64,000 nt of DNA from an uncultured delta proteobacterium (GTDB lineage: Bacteria; Desulfobacterota; Syntrophorhabdia; Syntrophorhabdales; WCHB1-27). A program made the translations under genes and the position numbers. Numbering within the stretch: position 1 is the first letter of the stretch; each line of letters starts with the position of its first letter. Below the pieces are notes generated by a model that was given only the letters and a program-made list of their open reading frames with translations, did not search any database and was not told the origin of the DNA. Of this stretch, positions 1 to 10,442 are shown piece by piece. Where the stretch lies: assembly GCA_963810935.1 (NCBI GenBank), contig CAWEPK010000016.1:148975-212974 (forward strand). Direction: 5' to 3'.

Positions 1-1
1 G

Positions 2-157
2 GTGACGGAAGGGATACTCAACCGTGTCGAGATGGCCTTCCGGCTTTACGATCCATGCTTCGGCTGTGCCACGCATACACTGCCGGGCAGGATGCCCCTG
101 GTCATTAATATAATGGACCCGAGCGGCGAAGTGGTAAGACAGATTAAAAGGGATTAG
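2..157 (+). CDS. C-terminal end (5'-truncated) of a [NiFe] hydrogenase large subunit, group 3 (MvhA/HoxH-like)
   Basis: Manual translation from base 2: VTEGILNRVEMAFRLYDPCFGCATHTLPGRMPLVINIMDPSGEVVRQIKRD*. Contains the L2 motif DPCxxCxxH followed by a maturation-protease tail. Confidence 0.9.
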   Translation: MTEGILNRVEMAFRLYDPCFGCATHTLPGRMPLVINIMDPSGEVVRQIKRD

Positions 158-175
158 GGAGTTTACCCGGTAGAC

Positions 176-216
176 AAGAACAGCCCGCTTTCCGGTAGAA
201 GCGGGCTGTTCTTTTA
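176..216. terminator. Intrinsic, probably bidirectional, terminator
   Basis: Perfect inverted repeat AAGAACAGCCCGCTT / AAGCGGGCTGTTCTT followed by T-run, between convergent genes. Confidence 0.85.
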
Positions 217-241
217 TATGGGCCGGCCTGCGTGCGCGGGG

Positions 242-2104
242 CTACGCCTTGAAACGCATGTCCAGCAGGTACTCCGTCCGGAGGGTCTTGCGCTTCAGGT
301 CGAACTCCGCCTTCTCTAAGAGGCGGAGGGCCGGCTCGTTTTCTTTGGCGATCTTCGCAGTGAAGCCAAGGAGGCCGCGCCTGCGCGCTATGCGCTTCAG
401 GTACCAGAGTATCTCCGTTCCCACGCCCAGGTTGCGGCTGTCCTCCCTTACGAGCACCGCGAGCTCGGCGATGTGCCGGTCATCGCTGACGACGTATTTG
501 CCTAAGCCGACGAGCTTCTCTTCGTTGTCGCGCTTGAGGAGCGCAAGTATGGCCATCTCCCGCGTATAATCTATGAGTCCCGATTCGTCGGGCTCATGGA
601 GGGCGTGGAGGAACTTGCTGCACGTCTCTCCGTACGTCTCGACAGGGAGCGGGGATAGTAGCTCCCTGAGCATCGCCTCATCGGTCGCCTTTACGGGTCT
701 CAGGAAGATCTCAAGGCCGGTTTTGGTCTTGCGCCGCGCCTCCAGGTGCTCGGGATAGAGGCCCTTCTTGCCCAGCGCGTAAATGCGGCTCTCGTAGACC
801 AGGCTCTGTTTTTTCGCCTGCTCGAGCAGCGCAGGCTGAAAGGCGGGATGAGCTATGGCGATGAGGGACATCGCCCTTTCCCGGAGGTTCCTCCCGTGGA
901 TGTACGCTATACCGTATTCAGTGATGACGTAATGTATGTCGCCCCGCGTCAGGGTGACCCCGGCGCCCTCTTTCAGGGAAGGCACGATCCTCGATACCGT
1001 CCCGTTGCGGGCCGTAGACGGGAGGACCAGGATGCTCTTTCCGTAAGGCGCCATGGCCGCGCCCCGCATGAAATCGGCCTGGCCCCCGATACCGCTGTAG
1101 AAGCTGCTGCCGAGGGATTCGGACGTGGCCTGGCCCGTGAGGTCGATCTCCAGGGCGCTATTGATGGCGGTCATATTGTTTATCTGCGAGATGACAGACG
1201 GGCTGTTCGTATAATCTATTGTCTTGAACTCGAAGGTGGGGTTGTCGTTAACGTATGCATAGGTGTTCTTCTTGCCCATGCAGAACGCGGCGACGGTCTT
1301 GCCCGTATCGATGTTCTTACGTTTGTTGTTGACGACCCCTTTTCTCATCAGGTCCACCAGGCCGTCCGTCAAAAGCTCCGTGTGGACGCCCAAATCGTGC
1401 TTCGTACTGAGGTACGAGATGACGGCCGAAGGTATGCTTCCGTAGCCGACCTGTATCGTGTCGCCGTCCTCCACGATGTTGCTCACGTATTTCCCCATGC
1501 GCCTGACCGTCTCGTCGGGACGGTCCGTCTCGTACTCTAAAAGCGGCTCGTCGTGGGTCAGCAGGAAGTCCACCTGGCCGATATGGACGAAGCTGTCCCC
1601 GTGGACGCGCGGCATATTGGAGTTGACCTGGGCGATTACGAGCGATGCAAGCTGCACGGCTTCCTTAACTATATCGACGCTGATGCCCAGGCTCATATAC
1701 CCGTGCTCGTCCGGCGGCGACGTCTGTATGAGCGCCACGTCGATGGGGATGGTATGGCGCCTGAGCAGGGCGGGTACCTGCGAGAGAAATATGGGTATGT
1801 AATTTGCCTCGCCCTTGTTGACGGCATCACGCGCGTCCTTCCCGATAAAGAAGGAGCTGCGGCGGAAATTACTCCCGAACTTTTCAGAAACCTGCGGGTC
1901 TACGCCGAGCGTCCAGATATGAAGCGCCTCCGCATAGGAAAACGTAAGCGGGTGCGACTCCACGTAACGTATCAGCGCGTTCACCAGGTACTGCGGCTCT
2001 CCGCACGCCGTGCCGATGAAAATCCTGTCGCCTGCCTGGATTTGGCTGAATATCTGGTCTTCCGGAATAAACTTCTCCGGATAGGTCTTCATCATCTTAC
2101 GCAT
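242..2104 (-). CDS. Acetyl-CoA hydrolase/CoA-transferase (4-hydroxybutyrate CoA-transferase family) fused to a C-terminal GNAT domain
   Basis: Motifs GDTIQVGYGSIP, HDLGVHTE, INSALEIDLTGQ, SGIGGQADF, VITEYGIA. C-terminal GNAT with AELAVLVREDSRNLGVGT. Confidence 0.9.
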   Translation of the reverse strand: MRKMMKTYPEKFIPEDQIFSQIQAGDRIFIGTACGEPQYLVNALIRYVESHPLTFSYAEALHIWTLGVDPQVSEKFGSNFRRSSFFIGKDARDAVNKGEANYIPIFLSQVPALLRRHTIPIDVALIQTSPPDEHGYMSLGISVDIVKEAVQLASLVIAQVNSNMPRVHGDSFVHIGQVDFLLTHDEPLLEYETDRPDETVRRMGKYVSNIVEDGDTIQVGYGSIPSAVISYLSTKHDLGVHTELLTDGLVDLMRKGVVNNKRKNIDTGKTVAAFCMGKKNTYAYVNDNPTFEFKTIDYTNSPSVISQINNMTAINSALEIDLTGQATSESLGSSFYSGIGGQADFMRGAAMAPYGKSILVLPSTARNGTVSRIVPSLKEGAGVTLTRGDIHYVITEYGIAYIHGRNLRERAMSLIAIAHPAFQPALLEQAKKQSLVYESRIYALGKKGLYPEHLEARRKTKTGLEIFLRPVKATDEAMLRELLSPLPVETYGETCSKFLHALHEPDESGLIDYTREMAILALLKRDNEEKLVGLGKYVVSDDRHIAELAVLVREDSRNLGVGTEILWYLKRIARRRGLLGFTAKIAKENEPALRLLEKAEFDLKRKTLRTEYLLDMRFKA

Positions 2105-2314
2105 GACCGAGCCTTCCTGCCTGCTTTGCACGACTTAAGCTCCTTCCTTGATCGGCCCTATGAAAAGGTAACGCAGCATCTGAAGTGTACCACTATACCG
2201 AAGACTTTTATATCTGCAAATGGGCGTGGCGCGCCGGCCGGCAAGCGCGTTTTTTCTTTTGCCTTTAAGCGTGTCGCCGCACAGGCGATAAATATCTTTG
2301 GGGAGATACGCTCG

Positions 2315-4456
2315 ATGTACGAAACCCGACCACGAAAGGAGCACCCGCAGGGCGCGATAACCGTGCTTTACGCCGCGATACCGGCCGGCGCAGAAGGGCA
2401 GGGGCCTGACGGCGCACATGGTGGCCCTGCCGACCACAAGGGCCTGGAGACGCTCTCGAGGATCGCGGCGGAAAAAGGGGGGACTATAGTCAGGAAGGGC
2501 GACTATACCCTTCTTGCCTGCTTCACCGACCCCGTCGGGGCGGTCAGGGCCGCGATCTTGATGCAGGGCGGCCCGCCGGTAGAAGGGGGCGGCGAGTGCT
2601 CGTCGGAGGTGCGGATCGTGCTTCATCACGGCAGCGGGTCCTTCAGCGACGGGGCCATCCACGGCGACATTGCCGTTTTCGCGGCGGAGGCCGGGCGCAT
2701 TGCGAAGGCAGGCCGCATCTACGTCTCTTCCGCCGTCTCGGTCGCCGTAAGGGACGTTAAGGCGGTCGAGCTGAAGCCCGTGGACGTGACTCAGCGGTTG
2801 CTTTCCGGGCACCGGGCCTTCTACGATCTGGTCTGGCGCGGCGATGCCGACGCAGCCGGCGCCGGACAGGACGGCCCTGTCTTCTTCGCCCACAGCCGGG
2901 CCCTGCTCGAAGGAGACTACCGCCCGTGTTTTTACTGTGGGGCGCGAAGACATCCCGCGAGCGATTGCCCATCGAAGCACCTGCTCTACCGGACCCGTGG
3001 ACTGGCTGGACTCGGCCGTTTATCGATCGGCGAGATCAACGAGCGTTTTGCGCAATATCTCGACAGTGCGGAGGGGGAAAGGCTTTCCGTGCCTGCGGAT
3101 GCGGATATCGATATGGTAGACCCCGTCTATCTCGTCCCTTTAGCCTTTTACGAGCTGAGAAAGGCCTTCCAGATACGTTTCATGAACGTCATATGGAGCG
3201 CTTCGCCGAGAGACGAGTGGTATAAGGTCAGGGAAGTCGGAAGGGAGACTTCGGCCAAGGGCGGCGTGCTCTGGATCGCCCGCGACTGCATTCGCGTCTC
3301 CGACCTGAACGAAGCGGAAAAACTCTTAATGCGGTACGGCAGGCAGAACCGGGATGACTACAGGGCGGCGTGCGGGCTGGCCTTCATAAAAATGGAGCGG
3401 GAGGAATACAGGGACGCTTGCGACCTTTTCCGTGAGGCCCTCGAACAGGCCGTGAGTCCCGCCCAGAAGACATATTTACATCTCCTTATGTCCCGCATCT
3501 GGGAGCTGCTGGAGAAGCGTGACAAGTCGCTGGAGGCGCTAAAAGAAGCAATCAGGATCGAGCCTTACTGTCTGGAGGCGAAATTCGAGGATGCGGCCCG
3601 CCATTTTCAATTGGGGCGGCAGACGGACGGCCTCAACCGGCTTATCAAGCTGCTCAAGCTCTCACACGAATTCTATCTCCCGGCCCTCATCTCCCCCGAG
3701 TTGGCCGAATTCCGCCCGGCCATCGCCTCCGAGCTCGACAAGCTCCGCGTGGAGGTCCTGATAGGGGCGCGGGAGGCGGCAAAAGAGGCGGACGCCGCCG
3801 TAGCCGGGCTTACGCGGTTTCTCGGGACCGGAGACGAGGGAGCGGCGGAGGTATTGTCGATACAGGAGCACCTTCACGGGCTGCTGGCCAAGCCGGAGGC
3901 GTTCCTTTTATGTCGCGAGGCAATGTACACGGCGCAGCGCATCGTGGGCGACTGCCGTGCAATCGAGATAGAGCGTGCAGGCGACGTCCGGAAAGTAGTT
4001 AAAGAGCTTTCAGAGCGTGCCGGAGCGATGGTCAGGGGAGTTTCGGCTGCCGCCAGGATGGGGTTGCAAGTCCGTCCCATCCAGGAGCGCCTGAAGGGAG
4101 TCGAGGGAGACCTGAGCCGGCGCGAGCCTTTTGCCCGCTGCCTGGAGCAGTGCGTGCAGTTGTCGCGGGAGCTGGACGGGGCCGAAGAAGTGGCGAGACG
4201 ATGGAAGGAGCGAGTCGAGCTATTACGCGCCTGCGGTACGTTTCTTACGGACCTTTGTTTTGTCCTTTTTGTGACCGTTATAACCGGCCTGGTGCTCTTC
4301 CCCGGTGTCCTTCACTGCCTTGACGCGCTCAATTCAGGTTGGGGGCTCTCATCGGTCGAGCTGTGGCCCGTTCAGAAATCCGTCCTTATCATCGGGGCCG
4401 TCCTCGCGGTAGGGCTTGCCATCGGCCACGCCTTCATGGGCAGGCTAAGGGCTTAA
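2315..4456 (+). CDS. Membrane-anchored protein with degenerate adenylate/guanylate cyclase-like domain, CCHC zinc knuckle, TPRs and two C-terminal TM helices
   Basis: ATG 2315 after GGGAG. Cyclase-like stretch (GGTIVRKGD...AVRAAILMQ...VRIVLHHG...IHGD...AGRIYVS), CFYCGARRHPASDCP, TPR-like helices, hydrophobic C-terminus. Confidence 0.7.
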   Translation: MYETRPRKEHPQGAITVLYAAIPAGAEGQGPDGAHGGPADHKGLETLSRIAAEKGGTIVRKGDYTLLACFTDPVGAVRAAILMQGGPPVEGGGECSSEVRIVLHHGSGSFSDGAIHGDIAVFAAEAGRIAKAGRIYVSSAVSVAVRDVKAVELKPVDVTQRLLSGHRAFYDLVWRGDADAAGAGQDGPVFFAHSRALLEGDYRPCFYCGARRHPASDCPSKHLLYRTRGLAGLGRLSIGEINERFAQYLDSAEGERLSVPADADIDMVDPVYLVPLAFYELRKAFQIRFMNVIWSASPRDEWYKVREVGRETSAKGGVLWIARDCIRVSDLNEAEKLLMRYGRQNRDDYRAACGLAFIKMEREEYRDACDLFREALEQAVSPAQKTYLHLLMSRIWELLEKRDKSLEALKEAIRIEPYCLEAKFEDAARHFQLGRQTDGLNRLIKLLKLSHEFYLPALISPELAEFRPAIASELDKLRVEVLIGAREAAKEADAAVAGLTRFLGTGDEGAAEVLSIQEHLHGLLAKPEAFLLCREAMYTAQRIVGDCRAIEIERAGDVRKVVKELSERAGAMVRGVSAAARMGLQVRPIQERLKGVEGDLSRREPFARCLEQCVQLSRELDGAEEVARRWKERVELLRACGTFLTDLCFVLFVTVITGLVLFPGVLHCLDALNSGWGLSSVELWPVQKSVLIIGAVLAVGLAIGHAFMGRLRA

Positions 4457-4510
4457 AGGCGTGACCAGGTCGAAATATTAGCAGTCCCTCCGGCGCCTGA
4501 TTTACCGTCG

Positions 4511-4539
4511 TTTACATTAAACAATGACTCTGATATCAT
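4511..4539 (+). promoter_or_regulatory. Sigma70-type promoter upstream of cheBR
   Basis: TTTACA-N17-TATCAT. Confidence 0.5.
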
Positions 4540-4661
4540 TTATACTCATAATTTTCAATGCCTTATGGCGAGGACAGGACGGGGATGGGCGGTTGCCCGG
4601 GTGACCGGGCGTGTGGACGGTTGTCCGCACGGTAATTGGTCCGTATTTTAAGGGAGACGCC

Positions 4662-7653
4662 ATGAAAGAAGGAAAAAACCGGAAAGAAATAAAGGGGCGC
4701 GCGCTGGTTAAGGAGACCGGGCAGCCCGAAAAGCGGAGTAAGGCGGCGCAGGTTGCGGAGGCGCGAGCCGAAAAAGGCGCCGCCGAGGAAGAAAGGCTGC
4801 CGGTCATCGGCATAGGCGCATCAGCCGGGGGGCTTGAGGCCTTCGAGCTCTTTTTCCGCAATTTACCTGTGGACACAAACGCCTCCTTCGTGCTCATCCA
4901 GCACCTTGGCCCCGATCAGCCGAGCATTTTGCGCGACCTGGTGGACCGCTTCACCAAGCTGCCCGTGCACGAGGCTAGCGAGGGCATGAAGATCCAGCCG
5001 AACCACGTGTACGTCATCCCGGTGAAGGTCTATATGGCGCTGGACGACGGCATCCTCAGGCTCACTGAGCGCACCGGGGTGCGCCCCCATATCCCTATGC
5101 CCATCGATTTCTTTTTCCGCTCCCTTGCAAGGGAGCGAGGGGAAAAGGCCGTGGCGATCCTCCTTTCGGGGACCGGGACGGACGGCACGCTGGGCATCCG
5201 GGACATAAACGGCGCGGGCGGTGTCACCATGGTCCAGGAGCCGAGCGATTCCCGCTTCCCAGGCATGCCTGAAAGCGCGATAAACTCCGGCCACGTCGAT
5301 TACGTGCTGCCTGCCGCAAAAATGGGCGACCAGCTCAAGCAGGTCCTCGACCAGCTCCTGCCTGCTGCGGCCCGCAAGCGGCCGACCCCGCCCACGAAGC
5401 TCGAGAGCGTCCTCAGCCGCATCCTTACCCTGGTCCGTGTGCAGACGCATCATGATTTCTCGCACTACAAGAAGAGCACCATCGTCAGAAGGATTGAGCG
5501 GCGCATGCTCCTCCACGCCATATCGGACGCGGAAGGATATGTGCGCTACCTGGAGCAGCACAGGGAAGAGGTGCTCCTCCTTTTCAACGAATTCCTGATC
5601 CGCGTCACGAGCTTCTTCCGCGACCCGGACGCCTTTGAGACGCTCAAGCGCGACGTCCTGCCGCGCCTCATGGACGGCAAGCCCGAGGACTACACGGTCC
5701 GTATCTGGGTCCCCGGCTGCTCCACGGGCGAGGAAGCTTACTCGATTGCGATGGCCTTTTACGAATATCTCGACGGGCACAAGAGAGGCAACGAGATTCA
5801 AATATTCGGGACGGACATAGACACGGCCGCAGTCGACAGGGCGCGCACTGGCGCTTATCCCGCCAATATCGCGGGCGATGTAAGCGAGGAGCGCCTTCGT
5901 CGCTTTTTCATAAGAGATGACAACGGCTATCGGGTGAAGAAGGATGTGCGGGAGAAGATCGTTTTCGCGGTCCAGGACATTATCAAGGACCCGCCCTTCA
6001 CGCGCCTCGATCTGCTCTCGTGCAGGAATGTCCTCATCTATCTGGATTCCGAGCTTCAGAACCGCGTCATACCGCTCTTTCACTACAGCCTGAAGCCGGG
6101 AGGCATACTTTTGCTGGGACCTTCCGAAGGTATTGCCTCCTTCTCGGACCTTTTCGAGGCTGTCGATAAGAAGTGGAAGGTTTTCGACGCCCGCATCTCC
6201 ACTACGGCCAGACCGGCCCTGCCGGAGGCCCTCACGTGGACGCCGTTCAAGGGCAGGTCCAAAGAGCAGGCGGACCAGAGACCGAGCGAGGTGATCATTG
6301 CCGACGTGATCCGCAGGCGCTTGCTTCGCCATTTCACCCCTCCCGCGGTCGTCGTCGATGAAAGAGGGAATATCGTTTTCATCCAGGGAGAGACGGGTAA
6401 ATATCTTCAGCCCCCCGAGGGCTCTCCCCACATGAACGTCTTCGACATGGCGCGGGAGGGCATGCGCACGGAGGCACGCCTGGCTCTGGCGAACGCCGCC
6501 GAGCAGAAGAAAGAGGTAGTTTACAACGACCTGCCGGTCAAGACCAACGGCGGGATACAGCGCGTGACCCTGCGGGTCCTTCCCCTTTCGGACCCCGGCA
6601 CGGAGGGCATGTATCTCATAATCTTCGAGGAAGCAAAAGCCTCCGGCGAGAAAGAAGCCAAGGAGAAGCGCGCAGGCACGAAGCACGAGGTAAAGCTCGT
6701 CGAACACCTGCGGGAAGAGCTTCGCCTGACCAAGGAGCACCTGCAGGCGACGGTCGAGGAGTTACAATCCTCGAACGAAGAGCTCGAGGTCGGCCAACGA
6801 AGAGCTCCAATCGACGAACGAAGAAGTGCAGTCGACGAACGAGGAACTTGAGACGTCGCGTGAAGAGCTGCAATCCGTTAACGAAGAGCTCGTCACGGTG
6901 AACGCCGAGCTGCAATCGAAGATCGAGCAGCTTTCCAGGACCGAGGTAGACATGAAGAACCTCCTGGAAGGCATGAGGGTCGCAACCGTCTTCATCGACA
7001 GCAACCTGCGCGTCGTCCGTTTCACTGAAGAGGCGATCAAGCTTATCAACCTCATACCAACCGACGTGGGCAGGCCGCTGTCGGACATCGTCACCAAAGT
7101 GAAGTACGATAAGATGATCGAGGATGCAGCGTCCGTCCTCCAGACGCTCCAGTACAGAGAGACCGACGTCCAGCTCGATAACGGCGAATGGTATCACATG
7201 CGTATCATGCCTTACAAAAACCAGGAGCAGGTAATCCAGGGCGTTGTTCTAACTTTCAGCGTTGCCGGGCAGCGGACGCTGGTGGAGAAGCTGATTGCCT
7301 CGATGCAGGAATTTGCAGCGGACATGGTGGAAGGCTCGCCGAACCCGACTGCCGCCCTCGATAGCGATTTCAGGGTCGTTGCCGCAAACGGCGCGTTCTG
7401 CGAGTTATTCAAGGTGACGGGGGACGGTTGCTCCGGCCGGACCGTCTTCAGCGTGACTGCGGGCCGCATCGAAGAAAAAGAGTCGAAGGAGCTTCTCCAG
7501 AGCAAGTTCGGCCGGAAGGACAGGACTATCAATGGGACGGTCCGCTTTAAGGGCGACGGGGCGGTGCAAAGCCTTGCCGTCGGCCTGCGAAAGATAGAGG
7601 CCATCGACAAAAGGCTGCCTTCCATTTTGCTGAGCATGAAGCCGGCGGGATAG
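4662..7653 (+). CDS. CheB methylesterase / CheR methyltransferase / coiled-coil / PAS fusion; one +1 frameshift near 6788
   Basis: GIGASAGG, LSGTGTDG (CheB); VTSFFRD, WVPGCSTGEEAYS, CRNVLIY (CheR). The LQSxNEEL heptads continue seamlessly across the frame change (ORFs 4611-6851 and 6826-7653). Confidence 0.9.
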
Positions 7654-7851
7654 AAGGCGTGACATTCTTGCCGACTGGTCTTGGCGTAATTTAGTAGACT
7701 TCCGTCTCTGACATTTCCGCACCATAGAAACGCCCAAAAGATCAAGGACGATACTCGCACCGTTTCCGGATATGACGCTATCCAGCCGGGTGGAACCGGG
7801 TCCGCCGTTATTTGACAATTTCGGGAAGCGGACCCAGGTTAATCGTAAAGC

Positions 7852-9738
7852 ATGAGCAGACGGATATGCCTTATCAGTGAGCACGCCTCACCCCTTGCTG
7901 CAATCGGCGGCGTCGACAGCGGCGGCCAGAACATCTACGTGGGCCATGTGGCGAGGAGCCTTGCCAGGGCCGGCCATAAAGTGGACGTCTTCACGCGCCG
8001 CGAGAACACGGGCCTCAACGATATAGTCGAGTGGAAGGACGGGGTCAGGGTAGTCCACGTGAAGGCCGGTCCCCGGCGATATGTGAGGAAAGAAGAGCTT
8101 CTCCCCTACATGGGGGAATTCACCGACTATTGCCTTCGGTTCATCAAGGCCGGAAATGACTACGATATCATCCATGCGAACTTCTGGATGTCGGGGCTTG
8201 TGGCTGCGGAGCTGAAGCAGAGGCTGGGCCTCCCCTTCATCGTCACCTTTCATGCCCTCGGCCGCGTCCGGCGGCTCTACCAGCAGGAGGCGGACGACTT
8301 CCCTGACGAGCGTTTCCTGATAGAGGAGCGCATCATTGCCGAGGCGGACGCCATTATTGCCGAATGCCCCCAGGACTATGAAGATCTGACGTCACTCTAT
8401 AACGCGGACCCCGCGAAGGTGACGATCATTCCGTGCGGCTTCGACCCGGAGGAATTCTGGCCGATGAACAGGTTTTCGGCAAGAAAGGAGCTGGGGCTTC
8501 GCGCAGATGAGTTCATCGTCCTCCAGCTCGGCCGCATCGTCCCCAGGAAAGGCATAGACACGGTCATCCGCGGCTTTGCCCGGTTCCTGCAGGGACACAG
8601 GGCGCCCGCCCGCCTCCTCGTGGTGGGAGGGGAATCGGACGGCCGTCAGGGCAGCGGTCAACCGGAGATGGAGCGACTTCGGGGGATCGCGGCCGGCAAA
8701 GGCATCGAGCCCTACGTGTCATTCCTCGGGAAAAGGGGCAGGGACCGGCTTCGTTACTACTATAACGCCTCGGACGTCTTCGTCACCATGCCGTGGTACG
8801 AGCCTTTCGGCATCACCCCCGTTGAGGCCATGGCGTGCGGCGTGCCCGTGATCGGGGCCGAGGTCGGCGGCATAAAGTACAGCGTTGTCGATGGCGAGAC
8901 GGGTTTCCTGGCGCCGCCCAACGACCATGAAAGGATTGCCGAGATCCTCTCCACCCTTCGCGCGCGCCCGGAGTTGCGGGAGGACCTCGGGCAGGAGGGC
9001 GTAAAGAGGGCCAACCGGCACTTTACCTGGCAGAAAGTGGCGGTCTCCATTGAGGCGCTTGTGCATGAAGTCCTCGCCGGGGAAAGAAAGAAGCCCCAAA
9101 CCGCTGGATGGCAGCACCGGATGATCGGAGACGGCTTCGCCTCGGTCATGGAGGTGATGCGCAAATCGCAGGCCCTCCTTCATTCGCCCATCATAGCGGC
9201 TGCGGACGCCGTCGGCGCCTGCTTCCGGAGGGGCGGGAAGGTCCTTGTCTGCGGCAACGGCGGGAGCGCCGCGGACACCCAGCATTTCGTGGGAGAGCTG
9301 GTCGGCCATTTCAAAAGCCGCACACGGCCGGGCTTGCCGGCCCTCGCCCTGACGGCCGATTCCGCCATCCTTACCGCATGCTCCAACGACATGGGCTATG
9401 AGCAGGTCTTTGCGAGGCAGGTGGAGGCGCTCGGTCAGCCGCAAGACCTCCTAGTCGTGATCAGCACGAGCGGACAGTCTCCCAATCTCATAAAGGCCTG
9501 TGAACAGGCCCACCGGATGGGGATCTCCTGCCTTGCACTCCTCGGAAGCGACGGCGGGGAGCTGGCCTCTATGGCCGATATCGTGGTTCTCGTGCCGGCC
9601 TCCGACAGGCAAAGGGTCCAGGAGGTCCAGCTTTTTGCCCTGCACCTTATATCCGGCCTCGTCGAGGAGCAAGTGGTCATGAGCCGGTCCGAAGCCTTCG
9701 AGGACCGCGATGACGTCGCGTTAACGGTCGGCCCATAG
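7852..9738 (+). CDS. GT4 glycosyltransferase (MshA-like) fused to a SIS phosphoheptose isomerase (GmhA-like) domain
   Basis: GGVDSGGQNIYV, GRIVPRKG, YEPFGITPVEAMACG (GT4); CGNGGSAADTQHF, ISTSGQSPN, QRVQEVQ (GmhA). Confidence 0.88.
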   Translation: MSRRICLISEHASPLAAIGGVDSGGQNIYVGHVARSLARAGHKVDVFTRRENTGLNDIVEWKDGVRVVHVKAGPRRYVRKEELLPYMGEFTDYCLRFIKAGNDYDIIHANFWMSGLVAAELKQRLGLPFIVTFHALGRVRRLYQQEADDFPDERFLIEERIIAEADAIIAECPQDYEDLTSLYNADPAKVTIIPCGFDPEEFWPMNRFSARKELGLRADEFIVLQLGRIVPRKGIDTVIRGFARFLQGHRAPARLLVVGGESDGRQGSGQPEMERLRGIAAGKGIEPYVSFLGKRGRDRLRYYYNASDVFVTMPWYEPFGITPVEAMACGVPVIGAEVGGIKYSVVDGETGFLAPPNDHERIAEILSTLRARPELREDLGQEGVKRANRHFTWQKVAVSIEALVHEVLAGERKKPQTAGWQHRMIGDGFASVMEVMRKSQALLHSPIIAAADAVGACFRRGGKVLVCGNGGSAADTQHFVGELVGHFKSRTRPGLPALALTADSAILTACSNDMGYEQVFARQVEALGQPQDLLVVISTSGQSPNLIKACEQAHRMGISCLALLGSDGGELASMADIVVLVPASDRQRVQEVQLFALHLISGLVEEQVVMSRSEAFEDRDDVALTVGP

Positions 9739-9813
9739 CACGAACCCCGCAGCATTCACGGTCCGGTTCTTCCGAATGAAAACCTGGGGGAGAAGCGTTA
9801 ATTTGTTTATGAG

Positions 9814-10395
9814 GTGCACCCGCCAGACGTTATGACTTTTGGGTATCTGGTCTCACAATTTGGCTACCCGGCGGTGCTCCTCGGCACAGCGGCGGAAGGA
9901 GAGCTGATCCTGTTTGCGGGCGGCCTTGCGGCACAGGGGGGACACCTGAAGCTCCAGTGGGTCATAGCTGCGGCTTTTCTGGGAAGCCTGCTGGGGGATA
10001 TGTCTTATTTCCTCCTGGGACGATTGAAGGGGAAAAAATTCCTGAAGAGGCGCCCTCGTTGGAAGGTCGGGGTCGAAAAAGCGTTGGTGCTTCTTGAGAG
10101 ACACCAAAAACTCTCGGTCATCGGACTTCGTTTCATGTCGGGCCTTCGGACGGTAACGCCCTTTGCGCTCGGCCTGACTTCGATCAGTATCCCTCGTTTT
10201 TTTATGCTCGACATGATAGGAGCGCTCGGATGGTCAATCGGCGGCTCTCTTGTCGGGTACGCCTTGGGTATGGCGGCACAGGCAATCGGCATCGACGTGA
10301 AGAAGTACGAGCATTGGATCATCCTGGGGATGCTATGCGCCGGGGCCCTGGTCGTGATGATCGGCTTCCTGCGGGGAAGGCGCGCGAGAGGGTAA
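9814..10395 (+). CDS. DedA/VTT family membrane protein
   Basis: EGE motif, GSLLGDMSYFLLGR, RFMSGLRT. Confidence 0.85.
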   Translation: MHPPDVMTFGYLVSQFGYPAVLLGTAAEGELILFAGGLAAQGGHLKLQWVIAAAFLGSLLGDMSYFLLGRLKGKKFLKRRPRWKVGVEKALVLLERHQKLSVIGLRFMSGLRTVTPFALGLTSISIPRFFMLDMIGALGWSIGGSLVGYALGMAAQAIGIDVKKYEHWIILGMLCAGALVVMIGFLRGRRARG

Positions 10396-10442
10396 AGGTC
10401 GTCTCTCTACCATTACCCTCCCATCGCGATTCTCATCTCCTC

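Noticed and set aside
50..76. Selenocysteine in the hydrogenase L2 motif
   Set aside because: Both ligands are ordinary Cys codons (TGC, TGT).
1553..2314. N-terminal 254 aa of the 967-aa ORF
   Set aside because: Antisense to the CoA-transferase; the real start is most likely ATG 2315 with its RBS.
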